Below are positions 40,130-52,659 of a DNA stretch of 64,000 nucleotides, piece after piece; positions within the stretch are counted from its first letter, which is position 1, and each line of letters opens with the position of its first letter. The notes under the pieces are model-generated. The model saw nothing but the letters and a program-made list of their open reading frames with translations, had not been told where the DNA came from and searched no databases. This DNA comes from Geosiphon pyriformis uo1 (lineage: Eukaryota > Fungi > Glomeromycota), in assembly GCA_016748015.1 (NCBI GenBank), contig JAAOMT010000061.1, positions 268,433 through 332,432 of the forward strand, read 5' to 3'. The position numbers were made by a program, and so were the translations under genes.

Positions 40130-40820
40130 TGATACAAACTTTAGGTTTAGCAGGTCGTTTTGGACTCCAAACTTGGGGTAATCGGTGGTTGTTATTGGGT
40201 CGTTTAAGGTATATTTCAAAAAGCCTTTAGAAAGTATTATTTAATATAAAATCCTGTGATTTCAACATTTCAAAATACTATTCATTAAAGGGATTATATG
40301 TTTACCGATAAGCATAATAATTGCTGTAAACTCGAGAAGACAAACTCGAAACAGGCCAGAGTGCTTGAATGGGCTGAATTTTTATTGGATATGTCGGTCG
40401 CTTCGTGAGTTTAATTGATAAATCTGATAAAGAGAATCAAAATATGGAAATAATTTTATTTAAAAAATTCTTATCTCAAGGTTTTTAACCTTTTGGAAAG
40501 AATATTATTCTTTTCTGCCAATTGCCGATGCATTTCTTGAGGCAGATGTGAAAATGAGGTATTTTATTAGAAATATTTAGTTCTTTAATGTTCAAGATAT
40601 TTTTTTTAATTAATACTTTCCTTTAGAAATAGACAAGTTAAAGGCTCTTCAATTAAGATGTCCTTAAGTTATATTCTTAATTAAAGTCAAGGTTAAGTTT
40701 TCGGTAAGATTATTTTTTCATTTTAATATCCTATCATAAGGGACTCTTTTTGACGGGGGTGTTTGGCAGGATTTTATGACGTCTTTACTAGGTTTAAGAT
40801 CTTTAATTTGGGATGGGTAA
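40130..40820 (+). pseudogene. Possible multi-exon gene remnant of unknown family
   Basis: GC-richer blocks bounded by AG/GT: GLAGRFGLQTWGNRWLLLGRL, DYMFTDKHNN...LEWAEFLLDMSVAS, FLTFWKEYYSFLPIADAFLEAD, DGGVWQDFMTSLLG. No complete model could be built. Confidence 0.3.
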
Positions 40821-42084
40821 AACTTTTCATTTTAAAGACTTTTAAGTTTGATTTTTTAAAAATCAAGATTTTCAGAAATTGCCAAATATTGGTATAAATA
40901 TCAAATTTTTACCAAAATTAACTTGCACAAAGTTATTTCTATAATGAAGCCTTTAGTTTTTATCGGGTATCTCTCTAAATGCACTATACTACACATTGAA
41001 AAGAATAAATTCGAAAGAGAATAAATAGTGATTTAGTTTGATTTAAAAAAATCTCATTGGAGTTTCATAAACCTTTTTATCAATCATCCCTGAAATATTT
41101 TGTCCTATAAAATTGAAATAATTATAAATATATTATAAAAATATAAATTTTAATTAGAAAATTTTTTTGGTAGGTCTAATTTTGCGAGTTCACACATGTA
41201 CAGTATATCCAAAACCCTTTGATTGAGATATGAAACGAGAAATGGTGGAAATGTCTGAAAATTTAACGTTTAAGAAGTTAAATATTTTTAAAGAGTGTAA
41301 AAAGAAAAAATAATTTTTGAGCAATTTTTACAAAAAAAAAAAACTCAAACTTTTAAAAAAAATTGTCCCGTCATTTTAAAGAAGTAGACCAGTAAATAAA
41401 ACGAAAAATTGTACAATATATATATATATATATATTTTTTGTATAATTAGAAAATTATTTGTGAATTACATAATAAAAACAAGAATTCCACCAAAATTAA
41501 AAGCTCAGCATCTTTTATTTTATTCATTATTTATTTTTAATTATTTTTCTTATTAAAAAAAAAAGGTGATTAAAAAATATTTTTAAACCAACTTCATATC
41601 AAAAAAGTACAATTAATATTAAAAAAATCAATTAATTACTTGGCGTTATACAATAATTCTTTAAGAAATCCCAAATTTAATTTTTTAGACATAGGATGAA
41701 TTGGTTGAGTACCTTTATGCCAATGTTTACCATGTTTTGAAATTAATGGTAATATTTTTAAAAATGGGTTTTAATTTTTTTTATTAAAATAAACAATCTT
41801 TAAATCTTTGTATCTATTTTTTTTTGACATTCATAAATTAATTTAACTTTTAAATCTTTAAAGATTGATTTTTAATATTTTTTGTAACATTTTGTTTACT
41901 TGATAAAAATATAACAGAATTTTAGATTATTAAAATTGTAAATTAAAATAAATTATATGCATTCAAAAAAAAATATATTTCATAAAATTAAATTAATTAA
42001 TTAATTATTTACTATTTTAAATTTTGATACTTAGTAAATAATATTAAAAGAATTAAAACTTTCTATTTTCTTAATTTTATAACC

Positions 42085-42700
42085 ATGACCAGAGCAAAGA
42101 GTAAAAAAGAAACAAACCACCACTTTTTTTACAAAATATTGAAAAAGTGTTTTTTTTTAATTATTACAAATACAAAACAGTTTTTAGTTGTTTTAATAAC
42201 ATCATTTTTTCTTTTTTTGTTAAAAATTCTTTTTTAGTCAAAATTTTATTAAATCAACACATCAAAACCAGTTCTAATGTTGGCATTGCCATCACAAAAA
42301 GTCTCAAAATTTTTAACAAGCTAGTAATAAAGTAACTGTTTTGTTTTGAAAAATAGAGCTTTGGGTTTTTTGTTTAATATTAATTTTTTTATTAATTCTG
42401 TTTTATTACTACTAACAACAATATTGTTTTTTTTTAATTTAACAACAGCAATAATAAATTTATTAATATAAAATACAAATAACTATTAATACTTTAAAAG
42501 ATTGTATTTGGTAAAAAAAAATTAAATATATACTGTTATAAGTATTAAAATTCAAATTATTTTATTGGTAAATTAAATACAAAAAAACCATTTTTGATGT
42601 TTAATTTAGTTTAATATATAAAATTAATATAAGTTTAATTAACTAATTACATATAAAAAAACACATAAATAATATATTATTATAAACATATATATAGTAA
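42085..42700 (+). mobile_element. Decayed LINE ORF1-like remnant
   Basis: Starts MTRAKSKK; 42535-42590 (VISIKIQII...QKT) resembles ORF1 at 7380-7425; CpG-free and AT-rich. Confidence 0.4.
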
Positions 42701-43940
42701 ATATATACATAAATAATAAAAGAAATGTATTTATTTATTTAAATCCAATTAATAAATAAAAACTTGTTTTTTTTTTAATTTTTACAATTATATTTAAATC
42801 AAAAAGTAAAACATAAAAACAACTGCTAGTTTTTTTTATAGCAATTAAAAATATCAAGATTCAAATAAGTTTTTTTAAAACATAAAAATAACTAAATAAA
42901 ATATTGTAAAAATTATTTCTTTAAAAATTGCTTAAAACTTTAATTTTTTATTAAAAACATTAATTATAATAATTTGTTCCAATCTAATTATAAACAAACT
43001 TTTTTTTTAATTTAAATAATAATAATAATTATAATATATTTATTAAGATAAATACAGATTAATAAATAATTAGATTACTTAAATACTATTATTTTTTAAC
43101 AAATTATTATTGATTGTAAAAGCAAAACAAGTTTATATTTTAATATAAAATTTTATCTAATTATATTATAAAACAGTTTTTTTTTATAAATATTTTTAAT
43201 TTTAATAATGTTTTTAAAATTATTAATGATTAATAAAAATATTTTATAAGTAAGTAGTTTTTACTTTAATATTTCATGTTTTTTTTTTCAAATTTATCTA
43301 TTGTTTATTTAAAAATTGTATTTTAAGTTAATTACCAAGAATAATATTTATGTTTTTCTGTATAAAATTTATATTTCAAAATTTTTTGAATGCTATTATT
43401 AAAATTTAATTTATTGATTTTCTATTTTTTACTACTTTTAAAATAATTTTTTTATTAGCTATTAAGAATAAGTTTACTATAAAAATATAAAACAAATATG
43501 TGTAACAATTTTTTTAAAATTGTTGGTTATAAATAATTTTTCCTGGTAATGAAACCTAAATAATAATAATAACCAAAATTATTATTTTGAGTTTGAAATA
43601 AGTATTAGAACCTTTTTTTTTATACTAAAAAAATATTATAATTTAAAACTTGATATATTTTTATATCTCTCGTGTATATTTTTGAAATTAAAGATTAAAA
43701 TTTTCTTTGTATCTCGCTTAAATATTTAAAAATTTTCAAATTTATATAAAAGAAATGTTCTAACTGTAATAATAGGAATATTAATAGAGAATTTATTAGA
43801 ACCTGTCATATAAAAAATTTTCTTTTGATCTTTATAATCATAAGAAAATCGTTACCATTTATCCTTAGGCCAGCTGTAAACCATATTATTTCTTGTAGAC
43901 GAGGATAGTTGTCTAATTGTGATATCATAATTATTTAGAT

Positions 43941-44070
43941 TTATTTCGTTGTGTTATCTTAAATCACCTAACTTTCTTTGGTAATGTTACCCTAAATTAT
44001 CTAACTTTCTTTCTTTGTATTCTCCTAAATTAGCTAACTTTCTTTCGTTGTGTTATCCTAAATTATCAAC
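43941..44070. repeat. 33-bp degenerate tandem repeat, ~4 copies
   Basis: CTAACTTT recurs at 43968, 44001 and 44034; unit ~CTTTCGTTGTGTTATCCTAAATTATCTAACTTT. Confidence 0.85.
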
Positions 44071-44585
44071 CTCTGTTTTAATAAAAAATTTCGAACTTTG
44101 TTAAAATCTACACACAAGTTTCACGGTGCTCATAATATTTGCATCTTTATATTTTTGGGAAATTCAATGAGATGAAAGGAATTTAGCTAAAATACTGTAA
44201 TTCTTGGGAAAATATTTATTAATAGATTTCTTTTACTAAATAAAAACTTTTGAATAATTTAAAGAATATTAAATAATATGAAATTAAAAAACGGTAGCCA
44301 TAAATACACTATAGTAGTAATTTAAATCTGACTTTAAATATATATCCTAAAGAATTAGAATGAACCCAAAAAAGGGAGATAGTTACTTTTTTTTTTAAAT
44401 ATTTGAATTAATAATAATAAGCTCATTTATTTTTATAATTCCACTGAATTAGTTAGGGGTATTAAAGAATTAAAATAAAACCTTAAAATACTAAAGGGTT
44501 AAATCATAATTACTAAATTCTTTATATAAACCCCAGCTACTAAGGTAAGAACATTTTATCTCATAAGCTTTAATCTTATGAATAA

Positions 44586-46395
44586 ATGGCTCTTTTAAAG
44601 GTTATAAACTTTCTTTGTTGAATTCTAGAAAAAAAAATTTTTCAAGATCTCTCACACGCGTTTGAATTTTTATATACATGAATAATTATCGAAACCCAGA
44701 AATCTAGTCATTTAAGAACGATCTTTGGGATCTTGATCACACTTCTTTTGTTTTTGTACTTGGGCTTTTTGATTTTTATCATCAATAACGATAAGCCAGT
44801 CATTGAAATAGAGCAAACTCAATTAGAGAGAATAAAAGCACCCAGTAATTTTAACTTTTTATTTGAAAATTTGATTTCGGATTATACCCATACTTAAAAA
44901 TAGTTATTTTCTATCAAATTTTAACGCAGATATTGAAATATGTGGCTGGGGAAGCGATCTTTATATAAAACGTTGTGACTTCACTTACAATGATGAATCT
45001 ATAGACGAAAACATCAATTGCACTAGCAATACAGGCGTTAATTATATCACACTCTCAGATGAAGATAAAAGAGGACCTCCTAATTATTGTTATCTATTCA
45101 CCACAAACAATACACTATATTTCTCTAACTCTATAAAATATATGAAGGATCTAAAAAAGATTGGGATTTATTTCAAGTTTTTAAATGTAAGCGGAGCTGA
45201 GACCTTGTCACGTAATGTTGCTAATGCTGGTAAGCAAATAGGATATGAGTTAATTTTACAGTTTGATGAGCATTTCTAATATTATTTCTCATTTTATCCG
45301 CTATTTAAAGCCGTTCAATTAATGCATCCTGAATTTAACTCTCTTTGGTATCACGCACCTATGAGAAATGAAATGGTATAGTTGTATTCGTTCGTTCGTT
45401 CGTTCATTCGTTCGTTCGTTCATTCGTTCGTTCGTTCATTCGTTCGTTCGTTCGTTTATTTGTTTGTTTGCCTTTCTATTAATAATAATAATAATATCAT
45501 ATTTAATATGTAGGATCGAGCCCAATTCGAAAGTTTACGACTTCAAGATAACAATTTTGCCGTTACACGAAATTACTCGACTATGATTAAATTCAAACAA
45601 TTGACCTTTAAAACTATTCGAAAAAGAAATATTGCTGAAATATTTGGGCTTCAACCAGAATATGATGATACCATCTCTTTTCCAGCCAGTGGTCAACTTC
45701 TTCCATTACACACCAATCCTAATTTTACAGCTGAAGATTCATATTTTTCATTTGGTGTTGGCAGTTATTCGCATCGCGTGGAAAAACAGAAACGGTAACT
45801 AATGAAAATTAATTTTAAATTTGTGTTTTACTAAACTAGTAAATAGTTTATCTTCTCTTACTGAATATCAAATTTTTTTTCAGTATTCGTACAATTTTAA
45901 ATACTTTTGGTCTTGCTGGCGGGGCGTTTAGTATGTTCTTATTAAATCTTTAAAACTCGTTCCTAATGAAATATTTGTAGTAGTAATTTTAAACATTATA
46001 TTTTTAATATCATAGGTCTTGCAGGGGCCTTGTACGTTTTTCTGTTTGGAGGCAGTAAAGTAAAGCCTTGGTAAATATTTCTAGGGATAGTTTTTATTTG
46101 ATTTAGTCCCACGATACTAACGTCTGCTTTTTGTAATAGGGGTGTTATGGATAAATATTTTGACTATCAAGTTAAGGAAATTGTTAAAAAGTTTGAACAA
46201 ATACCATTAGTAGGAAATAAACGTCACGACTATGACCTGGGAGATGCTGAAAATTTTCAACAGAAAGAGACGTACGAGGATAGAATGAACCAACTCGAGA
46301 AGCGACATGACGATTTAGAAGAATTTTTAAGTTCTTATTTTTTAGATATAACTCATTTAATGCGAAAGAGAAGTTGTGACGATGAGATAAATTAA
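44586..46395 (+). CDS. Two-TM membrane protein, divergent paralog D (~387 aa; start uncertain)
   Basis: Exons 44586-44600 (tentative, MALLK), 44700-44844, 44930-45229, 45311-45375, 45514-45794, 45884-45930, 46016-46070, 46140-46395; phases are consistent. Shares NDKPV...KAPNIEICG, RCDFT, CYLF, RLQDNNF, QKRIRTIL...GLAGGAF, PWG and LEEFLSSYFLD with A and C. Confidence 0.85.
45387..45456. repeat. (TTCG)n intronic microsatellite
   Basis: About 17 tetramer copies with TTCA variants, in an intron of paralog D. Confidence 0.95.
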
Positions 46396-46465
46396 TCGTG
46401 GGAGTGAAATGTGGTCATTACAAAGTTAAAATGATAAAAAATAAATATATATATATATATACATT

Positions 46466-46471
46466 CTATTA

Positions 46472-46510
<39 letters not shown>

Positions 46511-46597
46511 CATTATTATTATTATTATTATTAAGGGTTAAATTCTAAAATAGGGGTACAAGAATTTATGCAAAATGGCTTTCACTTGATGGGGTTT

Positions 46598-46663
<66 letters not shown>
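46466..46663. repeat. Two (TAT)n microsatellites
   Basis: Runs at ~46466-46532 and ~46599-46663. Confidence 0.9.
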
Positions 46664-46669
<6 letters not shown>

Positions 46670-46903
46670 ATTTATTATAATCACCCAGAGATCATTAAAA
46701 ATTAGAATAAAAGTAATGAGTAATTAGTGAAATCTGTTATACCTTTTTTTTTTTTAAATTATTAAACTTACTATTTAAAAGTTATGAAAAAAGAGATTAG
46801 ATTTTAAATAATAAGAGTAAAAGTTTTCGAAATAGAAATTAATCATTTGACTAATCCTTTTTTAAATTTTTTTTTTTTTTGAAAACTTTATTAAATTTAT
46901 TAA

Positions 46904-46959
<56 letters not shown>

Positions 46960-47142
46960 TAAAAATAGGGTAAATAAATATCAATTTCATTTTTTTTTTC
47001 AACACTCTAATTTTAATTTAAAACTAAATAATTCTATTCCATGTATCATGAAATTTAATTAATTTTTGTAATTGATTACAAATTAATTAGACTAAAAAGT
47101 TTTATTATAAAATAAAATAAAATAAAATAAAATTAGATCTAG

Positions 47143-47240
<98 letters not shown>
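47143..47240. repeat. (TAG)n microsatellite in the lipase-like gene 3' UTR
   Basis: About 32 perfect GTA repeats just past the stop codon at 47251. Confidence 0.95.
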
Positions 47241-47241
<1 letters not shown>

Positions 47242-47250
47242 TGGATGATG

Positions 47251-48880
47251 TTATTCAGTTTCATATCCTTGAAAACCAAATTCTCCAAAACCTCGACAAT
47301 CACCCATAATTGTACGAAAATAAGGACCACGATGTATAGCGTCATGTGGAGTATCAAAGAAACTTTGACCGACATTACATTCCTATTTTAAATACAAAAA
47401 ATATTTTCATTATTTGAAATTTATAATAATTGATAATTAATAATTTCATATATAAAAAATTTACCGGATTTTCACCAGATCCCCCAAACCAAGGCAGTGA
47501 AAGGTAATCAGTTCTTTTAGAAGGTAGTTCGTTGTCATAGAACTCATAACTAGTACGTAATTTCTTTCCACGACATAAATAATATTCTACAGTTTCGTTA
47601 TTATCTTCACAATCACAATTATCTCCAATTGGTTTAATCCATATTTCTGTTTCAAAATGTTCCATAATAGTTTTATTGTTAAATGGTTTTTTAACAGTGA
47701 AATGAGGAACATGATCGTTTCCATATGTTACTCGAATGTTCGTTTTATAATGGGTATTAACAAGTCGTGCAAAATTTTGATTCCCAACCCTCGGGGCGCC
47801 AAATGTTATTACACGAAATGGAAAAAGTGTATATAATCTTGCCTTTACGTTTTTTTGTCGAAAAATGTTCCATAATTCAGCGGCTAATATTGCGTACGCT
47901 AAAAATCGAATAATTTTTTTTTTTTTTTTTTTAAAGATATATACAGATACAGATAAGCATTATTCATTTTAAAATTTAAAATTTATTATTATTTAAACAA
48001 ACCTCCACCGATAGCGTGACCAATAAAATAGATCTCATGAACATAGAAATCATTATGTCTTTTTTTAATGATTTCGGAAATTTGACTGATAATAAATGGC
48101 CACATTTTTTCAACATCTTGGAACCATTCTTCATCTACCAAAATTGAAGGGTTAGGTTTTTGTCCTAAATAAGTGAATTCAACAAGTTTTGCTTTTCTTG
48201 AAATCCAATCGGCTTTTGTTAATGTCTAGAATATTTTTAAATGAAAATATTTTCTGTTAAAAAATAGGGACTAATTTCAAAAATTAATATATGATAGATA
48301 ATTTTTTCTAATTATGAATTACCTTTCCTTTAAAATAAATTGTAATAGCTGCATTTGATCCTTTTCGTTTCGGTTCCGCAACATAATATCCTAAATGTGC
48401 TTTAAAAAATTAAGAAAATATTATAAAAATAAATTTTTAGATTTTGTATAAAAATTTTAAAAAATTGAATAAAAAAATTATAAATTATAAATTTTATTAT
48501 AAAATACCTATTACATCTTCTTTTTTAACTACTCTTCCAATAATATTTTTATTAGGCATGCAGTAACCATGATTTGCTATAAATGCAATAATAGGTAAAT
48601 TCAAAAGTATTTCTGAATCAGGTGAAATTTTTTCTTTTCTTATGATACTTGATTTAGGAAAAAAATTTTTTTTAGAAATTTGAGAAAAATTCTTTGTATA
48701 AAAAATGTGATTTGAAATATTATATTGAGAATTTTGAATATATGTTTTAATTTTTAAAGAAATAAATTCTAAATTTAAAAGTGAAACTTTAAAATAATTT
48801 ATACAAAAAAAAAGAACTATAAATTCTAATAAAAATCCTATCAAGAAAATTGGAAATTTTAATTTTTGCGCAGGATTCAT
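47251..48880 (-). CDS. Lipase class 3-fold (alpha/beta hydrolase) protein, 412 aa, nucleophile Ser replaced by Ala
   Basis: Five exons: 48880-48508, 48399-48323, 48225-48003, 47898-47465, 47382-47251; 1239 nt, open. N-terminal hydrophobic anchor or signal; IYFIGHAIGGAYA, VITFGAPRVGNQNFA, RVTYGNDHVPH, HFETEIW, ENPECN, HRGPYF. Confidence 0.9.
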
Positions 48881-50146
48881 GATTAAAATTATTTGATAAT
48901 AATAATGATGATGATGATGATGATGATGATGAGGATGATGAGGATTCAAATATAAAAGGTATTCATATATCAAAACACTCAGTGGGAATTGTTACTCTGA
49001 CAAAATATTTATATCAACATTGCTATCTCTATTATTTTGTTTGATGAAATTGATTAGATGAATCGACTTTATTATATATATATTTTTTTCTCAAATAAAA
49101 CTCTTGTTTATTATGCACGAATACTAAGTTTTCAATATTAAAAAAATTTCCTTATTTAATTAAAAACTATACTATACTCATATCAAATTAGAATAAACAA
49201 AAATAACGGAATATAGTATTTAAATTTTTTACTTTCCCTGAAATGTAATAAAACAATAAAAATATATATATATATATATATCATTATGTATCTAGATTAA
49301 TTCATCAAATTTTACAAAATCTAAAAATATTTAGATGTAATTTCTGAAATGTTTATAATAAACAATCTGTTTAATAAATAATATATATTAAACAATTATT
49401 AAAATTTTATTAAAATTTTAAATCAAATATGATTTAGAATTTTTGATTAATATAACATATGGTATTTCAAATTAATAGAGTAAAAATCATTTTTTTTTAA
49501 TAATTTCAAAAGATTTTAACTCTTGTTTTTTTTTTATTTAAATAAAAAACTATTTCTATTTTTATATATTTATTAACAAAAAATTTATTAAAATTTATTT
49601 TATTTTATTTTATTTTTAACTTGTTTTATTTTTTTTTTGCTTTGCTGAATGTTTTTTTTTTTATAAAAAAAACAATTGATATATTTTTTTACCATTTCAA
49701 ATTTTTAAATTATTATGAAAAACTATATCTATTTTTATCTTTTACATCATCTTTTTCTTAAACTTATCAGACAATTAGAATCAAAAACCTTTTATAATTT
49801 AACAGTTGATTTTTTTTTCTTTATGGGACCCAGTTTTAAAAATATATTTACTGATCTTGGATAATAATAAATCTTTTTTGAAAGTTTTTGATTACGAATC
49901 CATATTATCTCATCAATAATGTATGATTATCAATAAAACGTGCAAAAAAAATCTTTTAAAGGGAAATATATTTAACTACATTTATGTCTTATGTAATTCA
50001 AAAAGGATTTGTTGATTTTTTTTTCCCAATTAAAAATGGAGATAATTGGAACGAATTTAAAATCAAGGGATTCACATCAATTCTTTGGTTTCACCTGTGT
50101 ATTTTTATTTGTTTGGTTTGTTAAACAATTACTTTTTAATTTTGAA

Positions 50147-50372
50147 CTACTATTACTACTACTATTACTGCTACTATTACTGCTACTATTACTACTATTA
50201 CTACTATTACTACTACTATTACTACTATTACTGCTACTATTACTGCTACTATTACTACTATTACTACTATTACTACTATTACTACTACTATTACTACTAT
50301 TACTACTATTACTACTACTATTACTACTATTACTACTATTACTACTACTATTACTACTACTATTACTACTAC
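50147..50372. repeat. Compound (TAC/TAT/TGC) microsatellite with 9- and 12-bp higher units
   Basis: TACTACTAT and TACTGCTACTAT tandem units over ~225 bp. Confidence 0.95.
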
Positions 50373-51391
50373 AAAAATGCAGACTAATACTTTAGAATAA
50401 TCCAAAATTTTTCTGAAAAAACTTTATATTTCAAGGTTTTAGTCAGGCCACCAAATAATCTCTCCACATTAGTTGTTCCGAATTTTTATCAGTATCACAT
50501 TGCCATAACGGAGAATTTTCTAAAATTGTCGAAATTTCTGGATCAACAATGCATTTATAAAATTGTCTTCTCGAATTGCGCCCTGTATCAACAGACGTGA
50601 CGAATAAAATAATTTAATATTAATAGTCATCATTAGAACGATATTTTTTAATATTTCACAAAAAACCAAACTCCGAACTATTTCACAAAAAATTCATGAA
50701 TTTGTGGTAAGGGAACATTGCACAAAAAAATCTTTCGGCTTATATAAAGCCTTTTTCTTAAAAAGACTAGGATAGTAAAGATGAAATAGGTCTTCCCGTT
50801 GTCAGGATCACTTGAATTCCCGTTAACCTCACAAAGTAAATTAATCCTAATTATGGGGAATTGGTACTGTATTTTTTGTTGATCGTTCATTTCGTGGTAT
50901 TTTTTTCCAATTTTTTTTTCTATTCGAATTATGAATTTTTTTCCATGCCACACATATCTTATTTTTATTTTTTGTAAAAAAACCCCTATTTATTTTGTCC
51001 ATCAACAAGAAAAAGACAAGGCTTTTTCTTCATTTTAAACTATTATTTATATTTCACTAAATTTGTACAACCCCCCCCCCCAAGTTTGGTTTTTTTATTA
51101 AATTATCTAAAACCAGACCTAATATAAATGGCTAAAATTGGAATCACCTTCATGTCAACCTACTTATTAATTCATTTAATAATTTACCCATTTTTGTAAC
51201 AATAATATTGGCTTCCTGTATTTTTAGTATAGCGTCATTTTTTATGTTTCAATTTTATGTAAACTAGAAGGAAAAAATAAATATATAAAAAACAATTTAT
51301 TATTTTTGCTAATATTCCCAAAAAACAATATATATATATATATATATATATATTGCCATCAAAACTTCTTTTCACCAAAAATTATTTAATC

Positions 51392-52659
51392 ATGAGGATC
51401 TTTAAATTTTCTTGGTAAAAGTCGGAAAATTTCTTTTCACTCTAAAATAAATTTGACAATAAATAAATTAAATATTATCTTTCATTATTGTCCAGCTTTA
51501 ACGCTAGCCGTCTTTTAGATACAAATAATAGTACCAAAAAAAGGAGTCAAAGAGGTTCCAGGAAGTCTTCATATTCATTAGCTCAGCGATCGGAAAATGA
51601 AAGGGTTTGTTCCACGCTTCCCCACTCATCTTTTACGGTGGATTCAATAGGAAGAGAAGCTCTCAATCCTCGAAACTCAATATTTGGCACCCCAATTAAT
51701 CTTGCCGAACAAGATCGTCTACAAACTCAACATTTTCTTCTAAAGTATGTTTGGGGTTCCAATTTCTCGTCTCCAGTGACTCAAATCTTGGAGTTTGGAG
51801 GTGCCAAGGTTCTTGATGTCGGGTCTGTTGAATATTTTCTTCAATTCAAATTTCAACAAAACTAAGAATAATCAAAATCATTTATAACTTTAATATTCTT
51901 ACATTCTTTTGTTTAAGTTGTGGTCCTGGAACATGGTGCTTAGATATGGCTACCGATTATGAAAGTTCTGAATTTTTTGGTATCGACATATCACCTTTAT
52001 TTCCATCCCATATAAAACCACCAAATACAACATTTTTACTTGCTGATATTCTCTCGGGGCTTCCTTTCCAAGACAATTATTTCGACTTCATTTATTTGCG
52101 TAACATGTCTCTGGAATTCACAGTCAAACAATGCAAAGAAATTGTTATTCCGGAGTTAACAAGAATTGTAAAACCAGGTGGATTCATCGAATGCATGGAC
52201 TATTGCTTTCCTAAAAATTTTGGTCCCACTTCCAAGATCATTTTTGATCTTTGTATGTGAAATTTAAATACCTATTACGTTCTGAAAATTTGTGTGACAC
52301 AACCTATTTTTTAATACAATCTCTCAGTTTATATTAAACCAGGGGCTGATGAACTAGTTGCAAGAAAATTTGATCCAAACATGGACAATCAATTCTTCGA
52401 CTTGTTATCTTCGCAACCAAACATTATTGATATAAAGAAAGAATATCGTGCTATTCCACTTGGCAACTGGGGTAAAATGAATGGTCGAATGGCTTTGAAT
52501 GATGTAATTCAACTTTTACAATTAATTGGCCCATCAATAAGCCTTTCTGGAAGAAATCTTGAAAATTTTCTTGAAGAATTTAAAAAGGAATGCGAATTGT
52601 ATAAACATGAAAATACTTCCTATCGCATTTTTGCCATAAAGCATAGGAATACAATTTGA
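51392..52659 (+). CDS. Class I SAM-dependent methyltransferase (LaeA-like fungal family), 333 aa
   Basis: Four exons: 51392-51414, 51496-51822, 51918-52252, 52343-52659; 1002 nt, open. Motifs EQDRLQTQHFL, NFSSPV, motif I VLDVGCGPGTW, FFGIDISP, GLPFQDNYFDFI, ELTRIVKPGGFIE, IPLGNWG. Confidence 0.92.

Noticed and set aside
45368-45586. ORF with RSFV repeats
   Set aside because: Reads through an intron containing (TTCG)n.
47139-47375. Poly-Thr ORF
   Set aside because: Alternative frame over the real last lipase exon (stop at 47251) plus the (TAG)n repeat.
48881-48973. Poly-His N-terminal extension of the lipase-like protein
   Set aside because: Derived from an (ATG)n microsatellite; the ATG at 48880 directly precedes the hydrophobic segment and is the more plausible start, though not proven.
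50009-50405. Poly-Leu, poly-Tyr and poly-Val/Ile ORFs
   Set aside because: Translations of a stop-free microsatellite.
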